Of a DNA stretch of 30,986 bases, positions 19,347-27,423 are shown one piece after another. Position numbers and translations under genes: made by a program. Each line of letters begins with the position of its first letter. Within the stretch, counting starts at the first letter, position 1. The notes below the pieces were generated by a model. It did not search any database, was not told the origin of the DNA, and saw nothing but the letters and a program-made list of their open reading frames with translations. Origin of the DNA: a virus (taxonomy: Duplodnaviria > Caudoviricetes); IMG/VR virus record IMGVR_UViG_3300032373_000079, positions 1 through 30,986 of that record. One strand, written 5' to 3'.

Positions 19347-19507
19347 TTGGACGGTTTGGATAGTTGGATAGTTACCCCAAGACTTAAGTCAATGCGCGAG
19401 TGCGCCTGTGAAAAGACCATGGAAAAACCGTCCAAACCCTCCAACCGTCCAAACCCGTTGAAATCACTCGCCGAATTTTGTGGATGGTTGCGGAGGGTTG
19501 GACGGTT
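19347..19507. repeat. Iteron cluster, putative replication origin
   Basis: Nine copies of about TGGA(C/T/G)(G/A)GTT in three triplets: forward 19348-19373, reverse 19426-19451, forward 19481-19507; directly downstream of the helicase gene. Confidence 0.75.
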
Positions 19508-19545
19508 CACGTCCAAATAAGCCCCACATGACCACCCATTGATAC

Positions 19546-21117
19546 CTACCCACCGCCATCACCGTCATGACCCTCACCCCCGAATCCAGCCGAACGGTCC
19601 ATACTATCCACGGCGTCGAGAGTGAGCTCACGGTCCATGTAAACAATGATGCCAATCTTTTCTTTGCGCAGCCCCATATCGACAAGACGCCGACCAAGCT
19701 TGGTTTGCGACACGGCCTCGATACCGTTTTCCCGGCACCAATGCTTGTACGCATCGAATATCCGCCCCGCCGAAATCGTCTGGCCTTTGGCGTCCACCGT
19801 CCAATCATCAATAAACTGACGAATGGGGTTTGAATCGGCACGATATTCATCGGTGGCCGCGCGCACCTTGTCGGGAATTTGCAGGCCGTTCTCAAACCAC
19901 ATGCGAAACCCATCCAACATCCAATTGAGGATGGCGCTTTTGATGTCTTCGCGTGGCCTGTTGTTGCTATCCAGCACCAGGCCGACGACATTAGACCCGA
20001 CCTTTTGTTCGAACGGCACAATCAACAATCGCCGCCAGATTCCATCATCTGACCCGCGCACGCTGGGGCGGGTGTTAGCGCCGATCGCCAACTTGAATTG
20101 GGGGGAAAATTCGAAAAACGGCTTGTTCAAATGCCGCGCCGTTAAACTCTCACCGCCGGTCAGCGACTTGATCATGGTTTCCGAAAACCGCGACCCCGCC
20201 TCCGGTTCCGAGGCCCGCACGAAACGCGCCCCAGGCAACCGCGCGATGTCCGGTGATGGGCCAGACCCGGACCGCCGTTCATCGTGCAACAGTGACCCGA
20301 TAGGCAAGGCCATTTCATAATCGCCCATCACGCCGCCCAGCGCATTCAACAACGCCGACTTGCCGTTGGACCCAGTACCCAACATGAGCACCAATACCTG
20401 TTCGCCAGTAAGCCCGGTCAGCGCATAGCCGAAATACCGCTGTACGAATAAGCGCACATTATCGTCGGGCAAAATTGCATGAATAAAACTTTCCCACGCG
20501 GGCGCGATAGCATCGGCATCAAATTCAACATCCGCCATATGGGTTTTTAAATCGTCACGGCGATGGTCACGCCGCGTCACGATATCAACGGAAACCGAGC
20601 CTTGGTGGGGCTCCAAATTAGCCCCCAATTCCAATGTTCCGTTGCCGACATTCACTAGCAACGGCTTGTCGTCGAATTGGTCGAGTTGATAGGTCAGGTG
20701 CGGCTGGGCTTCGTGCTGCATGGCTGAAATCCGGGACCGCGACCCGCTTTCTCGCGCCCAATTTTGCAACCCCGACCCGTCCTTACTTTGCGCCTTCATG
20801 GCCGCCGCCTCGGCCCGCACCAACGACGATGTTTGCTGCGCCCAGATTTGCGCACACCGGGGTCCGTCATCGACCGACCACCGACGGCCATCCCACGCCA
20901 TCCACCCCATCTCGGGGACATAGGCTAAATTTTCACCAAAGCGATACCGCAGCCGTTCCGCGTTGCCTAAATCATTTTGCGCACGAAAAGCCAAAAATGC
21001 ATTCAGGTCACCATCCACGTCATCCACATGTTCAGGAACATCGCCCAGGTCGTTGGCCGGGGGCTTCCCCCCACCACGCGCAGGCTTGAATTTCTGGCCC
21101 TCGGGTTGGTCGCTCAT
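19546..21117 (-). CDS. P4-family/D5-like primase-associated SF3 helicase
   Basis: D5_N region NDLGNAERL...WMAWDGRRW, Walker A GTGSNGKS, IKSLTGGE..TARHL, DDGIWRR, C-terminal winged helix; no N-terminal primase domain. Confidence 0.92.
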   Translation of the reverse strand: MSDQPEGQKFKPARGGGKPPANDLGDVPEHVDDVDGDLNAFLAFRAQNDLGNAERLRYRFGENLAYVPEMGWMAWDGRRWSVDDGPRCAQIWAQQTSSLVRAEAAAMKAQSKDGSGLQNWARESGSRSRISAMQHEAQPHLTYQLDQFDDKPLLVNVGNGTLELGANLEPHQGSVSVDIVTRRDHRRDDLKTHMADVEFDADAIAPAWESFIHAILPDDNVRLFVQRYFGYALTGLTGEQVLVLMLGTGSNGKSALLNALGGVMGDYEMALPIGSLLHDERRSGSGPSPDIARLPGARFVRASEPEAGSRFSETMIKSLTGGESLTARHLNKPFFEFSPQFKLAIGANTRPSVRGSDDGIWRRLLIVPFEQKVGSNVVGLVLDSNNRPREDIKSAILNWMLDGFRMWFENGLQIPDKVRAATDEYRADSNPIRQFIDDWTVDAKGQTISAGRIFDAYKHWCRENGIEAVSQTKLGRRLVDMGLRKEKIGIIVYMDRELTLDAVDSMDRSAGFGGEGHDGDGGG

Positions 21118-21446
21118 ACATCACCTTCCAAAAGGGCGTCGAGCGCGAAGGCGATGAAATTCATGGCCCCCAGCAATTCGGCTTGGGCCTTGCCGTCCTC
21201 ATCACGGGACAACAGCAACGCCGCCTCTTCGGTTTTCTTGTCACATTGCCCCAAGGGATATCCCGTCCCCCGCACCCGCGTGATGCGCGGCGTCGGTTGG
21301 TCGGCAAACGCCAAGACGCGGCCCTGACTATCACTGCCATGGCGTTCGACACCCTTGCCGCCGGTGGCTTGCTCTATCGCCAGTTGGTAAACCCGGCCCA
21401 ATCGCTCAAAGCCGTCCGGCACCTCAATCACCATGCGTTTTGTCAT
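21114..21446 (-). CDS. Conserved alpha-helical phage hypothetical protein
   Basis: QATGGKGVERHG...GQCDKKTEE...ELLGAMNF; ATGA-coupled at both ends. Confidence 0.75.
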   Translation of the reverse strand: MTKRMVIEVPDGFERLGRVYQLAIEQATGGKGVERHGSDSQGRVLAFADQPTPRITRVRGTGYPLGQCDKKTEEAALLLSRDEDGKAQAELLGAMNFIAFALDALLEGDV

Positions 21447-22195
21447 GCCGCAATATCCTCTTTTTCGCGTGTCAAAATTTCGGGATAGCTGCGCCGGGTT
21501 CCTTGGCGCATGCCGTTGTAAATGGCCGTGGCCAAGCGCACATCTGTGCAGCGCACGTATTTGGCATCGCGAAACAGGTCGTAATAATGCTCAAGAGCCG
21601 CGTCCAAAAGCACTCGCCCGGTACATCCAGCGCGCAGCCAATCCAACGGCGTCGCGTGCAGGTCGACCACGCCTTGATCATCCGGTTCGGCACAGCCCGG
21701 ATATTGGCCCAGCCACACCGGGCCGTTAAAACCCCCGCCGCGCCGCAACCACCACCGCCCCGGTTTGCGCGGGTCCCACGCCACCACATCAATCAATTCT
21801 GGGGGGCCAAATTCGCGTTCCATCCAGGGCTCTTTTTTGAATTCATAATTCCGCGACCACACGCCCTGAATCACACACCCAACCTCAGCCCCCATTCCGG
21901 CATTGCCCGGCAAATATGTCCCCACCGATGGCTGACCATTGTCGTCGCGCGATGGCAAAACATCCGACGCCCCAACACCCCCCGCGCGAAACACATGTTC
22001 CGCCACCGTCTTGCGCCCGCCGCATAACCACTTAAATTGTTCAAACGTCAGATTGCGTTCCGCCGCCGCAAATTCATCGTGTAAATTCACGTGTTCCGTT
22101 TTTCCGATGCGCGGGTAGCCCATATCAAGTGGTGCCATCCACGAGCGCCACGCAAACGGCATGCTGGGATTGATGCGGTCTGCTAATATAGTCAT
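21443..22195 (-). CDS. Conserved phage protein, possible divergent stand-alone primase
   Basis: IDVVAWDP...WWLRRG and LHATPLDWLRAGC motifs; two genes upstream of a primase-less helicase. Confidence 0.55.
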   Translation of the reverse strand: MTILADRINPSMPFAWRSWMAPLDMGYPRIGKTEHVNLHDEFAAAERNLTFEQFKWLCGGRKTVAEHVFRAGGVGASDVLPSRDDNGQPSVGTYLPGNAGMGAEVGCVIQGVWSRNYEFKKEPWMEREFGPPELIDVVAWDPRKPGRWWLRRGGGFNGPVWLGQYPGCAEPDDQGVVDLHATPLDWLRAGCTGRVLLDAALEHYYDLFRDAKYVRCTDVRLATAIYNGMRQGTRRSYPEILTREKEDIAA

Positions 22196-22923
22196 GCCAC
22201 ACTCAATGCCAGCTCTGGCGCATCCAAAGCCCGCTCAAGCCGCGCGCACGCGACGTCGAACCATTTGCGCTCAATCTCAAAGCCGACGAATTTGCGCCCC
22301 CCCTGCACCGCCGCCACGCCCGTGGTTCCCGACCCCATGTATGGGTCACAGACGGTTTCACCGGGCAACGTCGCGGCCTCGATCCACCGCTTCATCAACG
22401 CCACCGGCTTTTCCGTTGGGTGGTCCGTGACGGCCCGCAACGGTGCGCGCATCAATTGCTTGATGCCGCAATCTTGAAAAGCCCGCGCGCGGCCCTTCCA
22501 CATGGCCACTGCGAATTCTAAATTCTTCATGCCCCACCGATTTGGAGTCACCGTGATTTTATCCCAGGCAAACAAATTATGAAGCGACAAACCACACCGC
22601 AATAACGCTGCCTGGCATTTGAATATTTCCTTATCGTTAGCCATGACAATGGCGTCGGCGTCTGCCCCCATGACGCTATTGATAACCGCCGCCACTTCAT
22701 CCCAAGTGACATTGCAGGGCACGAACTCACCGCCGTTATCATAATTGGCTTGGGCGAACTTGCCCGACATTCCACCGGGGCCTTTATTGCTTCCACCACT
22801 CGTTAGCCGATATGGCGCATCGCACATGACCATGCGTGCCTTAACGTCGATGGCTTGGGCGACCTCTAATGCATCGCCCAAATACAAAGTGGCATCGCCG
22901 ATGGTGACAACCTCAAAACTCAT
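22192..22923 (-). CDS. Orphan beta-class N6-adenine/N4-cytosine DNA methyltransferase
   Basis: Motif IV DAPY precedes HPTEKP and motif I DPYMGSGTTG. Confidence 0.9.
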   Translation of the reverse strand: MSFEVVTIGDATLYLGDALEVAQAIDVKARMVMCDAPYRLTSGGSNKGPGGMSGKFAQANYDNGGEFVPCNVTWDEVAAVINSVMGADADAIVMANDKEIFKCQAALLRCGLSLHNLFAWDKITVTPNRWGMKNLEFAVAMWKGRARAFQDCGIKQLMRAPLRAVTDHPTEKPVALMKRWIEAATLPGETVCDPYMGSGTTGVAAVQGGRKFVGFEIERKWFDVACARLERALDAPELALSVA

Positions 22924-23126
22924 GCCAAAGCCCTCACCGGGGCCCTGTCCGGCACCGGAATAGGTTCACCGTCATTGCCGCCACCCCCACCAACGATGCC
23001 TTGGCTGGCGATGATGTCACACGACCCACAAACTAACCGCGACGGATCGATGCCTATCCATATCCGCTGTAAAACAAAACCACGCCGACCGCGCGTAAAT
23101 ATAAAGTTTAAACCTTTGAGTTTCAT
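22920..23126 (-). CDS. Hypothetical protein
   Basis: 68 aa, ATGA-coupled to both neighbours, GGAGGG RBS. Confidence 0.6.
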   Translation of the reverse strand: MKLKGLNFIFTRGRRGFVLQRIWIGIDPSRLVCGSCDIIASQGIVGGGGGNDGEPIPVPDRAPVRALA

Positions 23127-23851
23127 GCCACCCCCTCCGGAAATTCACCCCAGGTGCGACCGTCCAAATCCCGCCCATTTTCCTTGGGCCGAAATCCACC
23201 ATGTTGTTTGAAGAAAAAGGCCACATGGGCGGCAATGCATTGGTCGCGAACGGCGCGCACCGCATCCACGTCAAGGGGCCTAAAACCGGGACCGCTTTCA
23301 CCGCCGACAATAACCTGATGAATACCGCGCAAATCCAGTTTGCCCAAAACCCCAAGCAACGGCTCCACCGACAAAAACCGCACCGCCGCGCGGGTGGCCC
23401 GCAAGGCCGGAATACGCTTGTCCGCCATCGCCTGATTTTCCACCGTCACACCCATCCAAATGTGTGCAGGCGCTCCATCCGGATAGCGCGCGTTGATATA
23501 GGCCCGCATGCGGCTGGCCCGTTTGGTCAAGATTTGAAAGGTGTGCCAGTACGCCGCGTCCATGGTATCGAACACCCGGTCCACAAACGCCTTTGGCACA
23601 TCCTTGTGAAACAGGTCCGACATGGAACAAACGAAAATCTTGCGGTGCTTTTTCCAGAGCAACGGCTGCCCCAACCGCGATGGGCGGACGGTCAAATCAA
23701 AGCCCGTCTCAAACGGGTGCCCGGGAACACCGCGAAACCGTTCCGCGAACCGTTCGGCGTAACAGTTGTCACAGCCCGCACTGATTTTGGTGCAGCCCGT
23801 CACCGGGTTCCACGTCGCGTCGGTCCATTCGATGGGTGTGGTTTGCGCCAT
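23123..23851 (-). CDS. Gp37/Gp68 (DUF5131) radical-SAM-like protein
   Basis: IEWTDATWNPVTGCTKISAGCDNCYA, SMSDLFH, LTKR, VGGESG; start at MAQT from the TAATG overlap. Confidence 0.92.
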   Translation of the reverse strand: MAQTTPIEWTDATWNPVTGCTKISAGCDNCYAERFAERFRGVPGHPFETGFDLTVRPSRLGQPLLWKKHRKIFVCSMSDLFHKDVPKAFVDRVFDTMDAAYWHTFQILTKRASRMRAYINARYPDGAPAHIWMGVTVENQAMADKRIPALRATRAAVRFLSVEPLLGVLGKLDLRGIHQVIVGGESGPGFRPLDVDAVRAVRDQCIAAHVAFFFKQHGGFRPKENGRDLDGRTWGEFPEGVA

Positions 23852-24570
23852 TACAAGTCCCACTTCCCCTGTTTTGCAAAATCGCCGACACTGCCCCCGG
23901 TGCAAGAATGGGACGCGGTTTCTGCGGTGTGGCTGATGGGGTCGATGGTGACGTCAAACGGGGTGTGGCCTTGGCGCACGCGCAGGTCATTGGCAAATTT
24001 CACCACCTGCGCCCGGGTCAGCGCCGCCGCCAATTCTTTGTCTTGGCCGTGCTTGATGATTGCAATGGTATAAATTCCGCCGCCCGTGTCGGTGCAGCGG
24101 CGGCGTTCTTGGCGCAGCCACGACACCACCATCACAAAATTCGCCGCCTTGGGTCGGCGGCGTTCCAGGCGTTTTTCTTCATCCAAGGCTTTGCGCGCCG
24201 TGGCGTCGGAAAAAACCAGACGCCCCGTCACCGCATTTTTAGGGGCCGGGGGCGGCGCGTCACGGCCCAGGGCTTGGCAAATCGCCGCCAGCCGGGCGCG
24301 CCGTCCGGCGCACATGGCATAGACGTGGCGGCGGTTTACGCCATTGCCCGCCAAAACCGCGGCTATTTCGTCATAATTCATCGCCTGCGCACGAAGCCCC
24401 AGAACTTGGTCGGCCATGTCTTCTGAGTGGGGAAAGCCGCTGACGCCGACAGACCCGCGCTGTAACCGTGGCACCCCCAATCGGAACAAATCCGCACGGG
24501 TGTAAAGCACCACCCCCGGCGGTAAGGCACCACATGCGGCGGGCTTTGCATTGGTGGCTGATTGCGTCAT
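23851..24570 (-). CDS. Hypothetical protein, possible HTH
   Basis: 239 aa, GGGGG RBS, TAATG-coupled to DUF5131; MNYDEIAAVL...NRRHVY is HTH-like. Confidence 0.65.
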   Translation of the reverse strand: MTQSATNAKPAACGALPPGVVLYTRADLFRLGVPRLQRGSVGVSGFPHSEDMADQVLGLRAQAMNYDEIAAVLAGNGVNRRHVYAMCAGRRARLAAICQALGRDAPPPAPKNAVTGRLVFSDATARKALDEEKRLERRRPKAANFVMVVSWLRQERRRCTDTGGGIYTIAIIKHGQDKELAAALTRAQVVKFANDLRVRQGHTPFDVTIDPISHTAETASHSCTGGSVGDFAKQGKWDL

Positions 24571-24582
24571 CCCCCTAACCCC

Positions 24583-24957
24583 CTAAATCCGCGCCACCGC
24601 GGTTTGGTGCAGGGCTGGCACCGGCATCAACGCAAATTCAAGGCTGGCCACCACGGTACGCAAGGCGCTGACCGCCAAGCGCGCCGCCGCCAACAGCCGC
24701 GCCGAGGCATCCACGCGACGCCCGACCCGGGCTTGCCATAAATCCAAAATCGGGGCACCGCCGCCCGCCGCTTGGCACGCCGCGTCCAACGCGACCAAGG
24801 TGTTCAAAACATCGACGTCGGTGCGGCATGGGTTGGACAATTGCCGCAGTCGGTTTTCCGATACCCCGCACGCCGCCGCCGCCGGGCCTGCGCCAACCGT
24901 CTTGATGGCGGCAAACACCCGCCCCGCAAATGTGTCTGGGTCACGTTGATAAGTCAT
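24583..24957 (-). CDS. Putative CII-like regulator
   Basis: GAGPAAAACGVSENRLRQLSNP HTH, LDAAC...GGGAPIL; GAGGTG RBS; lies downstream of cro. Confidence 0.55.
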   Translation of the reverse strand: MTYQRDPDTFAGRVFAAIKTVGAGPAAAACGVSENRLRQLSNPCRTDVDVLNTLVALDAACQAAGGGAPILDLWQARVGRRVDASARLLAAARLAVSALRTVVASLEFALMPVPALHQTAVARI

Positions 24958-24966
24958 AACATCACC

Positions 24967-25176
24967 TCATTTTTCTGTGACGGATGGGCAAACGACGAAG
25001 CGGTTAACGCGCCACCCGGCGGGCCTTTCGTCATCGATAAACAACGGCCCGGAATATTGAAATGCGGCCTGAGCCTCCACACACACGGCGGGGGCCAACA
25101 TCATGGGCTGAACGTCGGCATCGACACGCCCGTCCGGCGCGATGACGGCGACGATGAAAAAGGCTTCTTTCAGCAT
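24967..25176 (-). CDS. Hypothetical protein
   Basis: 69 aa, AAAGG RBS. Confidence 0.6.
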   Translation of the reverse strand: MLKEAFFIVAVIAPDGRVDADVQPMMLAPAVCVEAQAAFQYSGPLFIDDERPAGWRVNRFVVCPSVTEK

Positions 25177-25202
25177 GGCGATACCTTTCGGGTTCAGCTT
25201 TT

Positions 25203-25239
25203 AAAAGTGCAACGGCTATCCTTGCCTTGACCGTTGCGC
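25203..25239 (-). terminator. Putative early terminator after gapR
   Basis: GCGCAACGG...CCGTTGCAC stem followed by TTTT on the minus strand. Confidence 0.55.
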
Positions 25240-25297
25240 CGGGGGTAGCAGCGACCATCCGTGAAGACGGCTTTCAAAGCCCCGGTGGTTCATGGCG

Positions 25298-25576
25298 TTA
25301 GGTCATCCCCAACGCCCGTTTGTAAGTGTCCAACATATCTTCTTGTTCCTGGCGGTCGCTCACATCCATCTTGCGCAATCGGATGATGATGCGGATGATT
25401 TTGACGTCGAACCCCGTGCCCTTGGATTCGGAATAGACTTCGCGAATGTCGGCCGCCAGGGTCGCTTTTTCTTCTTCTAAGCGTTCGATGCGTTCGACAA
25501 ATGACCGCAAACGTTCCGCGGCAATGCCACCCACGTCTGGACCCCCGCTAAAGTTTGGAATGTTGCCTTCAGGCAT
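25298..25576 (-). CDS. gapR: GapR (DUF2312) nucleoid-associated protein homologue
   Basis: [47 protein letters not shown]...YKRALGM is the GapR family signature. Confidence 0.93.
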   Translation of the reverse strand: MPEGNIPNFSGGPDVGGIAAERLRSFVERIERLEEEKATLAADIREVYSESKGTGFDVKIIRIIIRLRKMDVSDRQEQEDMLDTYKRALGMT

Positions 25577-25688
25577 CACCACCCCCCGCGCGCCCATTCA
25601 GGCCGCTCACAAATTGATCATTGGATTGAAGTGGCCCAAAGCCACCCCAACATGCACTGTGAGGGGGCTTAGAAAAGGAGCCCACCTC

Positions 25689-25946
25689 ATGCGCGACACA
25701 CACCCCGCCCCCGACAATGTCATTGCCCTGCGACCCAACGCACGCCAACCCGGCGGCGATCACCGCACCACCGAAGCCCGCCCCGACGAAGTTCACACTC
25801 CGGACGTCGTCATCGACGAACTGCGCGACATCGAAGTCACCATGATGGAATTGAGTTTGGCGCACCCCGCCACGGCCCCAGACCTGCACCTGATTTGCGA
25901 CTTGGCCCGCGCGGTACGCCTGGACTTTGAGGACGCGAACAGATGA
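25689..25946 (+). CDS. Hypothetical protein oriented against the cro operon
   Basis: Strong AAAGGAG RBS, 85 aa, GC3-rich codons, NVIAL motif and acidic helices. Confidence 0.7.
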   Translation: MRDTHPAPDNVIALRPNARQPGGDHRTTEARPDEVHTPDVVIDELRDIEVTMMELSLAHPATAPDLHLICDLARAVRLDFEDANR

Positions 25947-25975
25947 CCGAAGCCAATTTTTTAAAACGCCGGGGG

Positions 25976-26197
25976 TCATGCCGCCACCTGCTCAAAGCGC
26001 GCCAATTCAGCGCGAAACCAGGAATTCGGGGTAACGGCACCCCCCGTCGCGACGATAATCAAACGCATTTCCGTAGATTGGGGAACGCGCCCGTTGACAT
26101 ACCGCCGAATTGTTTCCGGCGGACGCCCGATGCGACGGCCAAAACCCGTCAACGTTTCTTCTTTTTCACTGAGATATTCGCGAAGTGTCTGTGTCAT
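25976..26197 (-). CDS. cro: Cro-like HTH repressor
   Basis: TLREYL...TLTGFGRRIG...TIRRYVNGRVP...IIVATGGAVTPNSW; divergent from cI. Confidence 0.88.
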   Translation of the reverse strand: MTQTLREYLSEKEETLTGFGRRIGRPPETIRRYVNGRVPQSTEMRLIIVATGGAVTPNSWFRAELARFEQVAA

Positions 26198-26203
26198 ACA
26201 AAC

Positions 26204-26286
26204 ACTTTCCACCAGTTTGGTGAATTAAGTCAACTGATTTTTTCACCTGTTTGGTGCTTTTTTGATTCCACCAATTCGGCGAAAAT
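26204..26286. promoter_or_regulatory. OR region: three CACC-N5-GGTG operators with divergent PR/PRM
   Basis: CACCAGTTTGGTG 26210-26222, CACCTGTTTGGTG 26244-26256, CACCAATTCGGCG 26269-26281; minus-strand -35 TTGACT at 26233-26228; plus-strand -10-like GAAAAT at 26281-26286. Confidence 0.8.
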
Positions 26287-26291
26287 GCGTC

Positions 26292-26768
26292 ATGGAACAT
26301 AATGCCCCAAATCGATTGCGTGAAATCCGCAAGGCTAAGGGCCTAACGCTAGAAGGCTTGGCGGCCCTGGTTGGATCTTCAAACCAGCAAATTCAGCGCC
26401 TGGAAAAAGGCGAACGCCGTCTGTCCGATGAATGGATGCGCACGCTGGGTCAGGCCCTGGGCGTCGCGCCCTGGGCATTTTTCCCGGAATTTGAAGGTGA
26501 TGCAGATATTGCCAAAAGCGATTACAACGCCACGATACTCGCCGAGGTGACCCACGATATCTTAACGTGTGCGCTGGAAGAATATGTTGAGAACCTTAAC
26601 GCCTTACCGGATGGTGTGACCGATACCATCACCGGCGCGATACTCAGCGTTTATGAAGACCACGCAGGGATCGGCCTCGACATGACCATTCCATCCGACC
26701 GCGAACGCCTCATCGACGCCAGCCGCAACGTGTTTCGCTTCGCCATCAAACAAAAGAAAACGGGATGA
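26292..26768 (+). CDS. cI: XRE-family immunity repressor without an S24 peptidase domain
   Basis: NRLREIRKAKGLTLEGLAALVGSSNQQIQRLEKGERRL HTH; divergent from cro; helical C-terminal domain. Confidence 0.85.
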   Translation: MEHNAPNRLREIRKAKGLTLEGLAALVGSSNQQIQRLEKGERRLSDEWMRTLGQALGVAPWAFFPEFEGDADIAKSDYNATILAEVTHDILTCALEEYVENLNALPDGVTDTITGAILSVYEDHAGIGLDMTIPSDRERLIDASRNVFRFAIKQKKTG

Positions 26769-26771
26769 ACG

Positions 26772-27098
26772 TCAATCCCGCATAGCTTTCGCCAAGGCTT
26801 TTTTGATATCACTGAGTTCTTTTTTTGCGGCGTCAAAACATACCTGCGCCGCGCGTAGCCTCAATAAATAATGTGCTACATCCGTATCTGCAATAAGCCC
26901 CGGCAATTCATTTACAGCACTCGCGTTGTCACTAATTAGATTGGTGATATCGCCATCCATGAGTTGGAAACGGTGCTTACAATACATCCCCATTTCGCCC
27001 GCTCTGCACGTACACGTTGCCGTTAGGTTGTCGCCTGAACGGTCAAATGAGACATCGTATAGGTCACCCTTAGATCCTCGTATGACAAAGCTCAACAT
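26772..27098 (-). CDS. SWIM zinc-finger protein (cargo)
   Basis: GSKGDLYDV...CTCRAGEMGMYCKH matches CxC-xn-CxH; C-terminal coiled coil; AT-richer codon use. Confidence 0.82.
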   Translation of the reverse strand: MLSFVIRGSKGDLYDVSFDRSGDNLTATCTCRAGEMGMYCKHRFQLMDGDITNLISDNASAVNELPGLIADTDVAHYLLRLRAAQVCFDAAKKELSDIKKALAKAMRD

Positions 27099-27116
27099 AG
27101 CAGGATTCCACTTTTG

Positions 27117-27353
27117 TTACGTACCCGCAGTGTCTTCAACCGCGTTACGAGGCTTGGACAGATTTGTCCCTGCGCATTGTTCACATGACCACCCACCGAA
27201 CTTGATGGCGCTTAAAACCCAAATAATCAACCAAAACCCCACCGTACAGATCGTCAATATTAAATGCAGAATATGATTGGTCGCTTTACGCGTTCCGCGC
27301 ACGTTCTTATTGCAGTCTTCGCAAAATCTCTGTTTGAATTCGTAACTCGCCAT
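27117..27353 (-). CDS. Small membrane-anchored zinc-ribbon protein (LITAF-like topology), cargo
   Basis: CEDC, then hydrophobic NHILHLILTICTVGFWLIIWVLSAI, then CEQC. Confidence 0.75.
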   Translation of the reverse strand: MASYEFKQRFCEDCNKNVRGTRKATNHILHLILTICTVGFWLIIWVLSAIKFGGWSCEQCAGTNLSKPRNAVEDTAGT

Positions 27354-27390
27354 GCCACCCACCATTTTTTGTATCATTGGATATTTCACA

Positions 27391-27418
27391 ACGATAACAC
27401 ACAAAATTTACGCAGCAA
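27391..27418 (-). promoter_or_regulatory. Putative sigma70 promoter for the cargo genes
   Basis: TTGCTG, 16 bp, TATCGT with an extended -10 TG. Confidence 0.4.
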
Positions 27419-27423
27419 TAGCT

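Noticed and set aside
19347-19507. Short repeats as a CRISPR array
   Set aside because: Units are 8-10 bp, in both orientations, without unique spacers; no cas genes.
37-25230. Many long plus-strand ORFs opposite the structural and replication genes (e.g. 4102-5028, 10719-11507, 13458-14276, 23201-24073)
   Set aside because: Antisense shadows of GC3-rich genes: no RBS, no motifs and no coupling to neighbouring genes.
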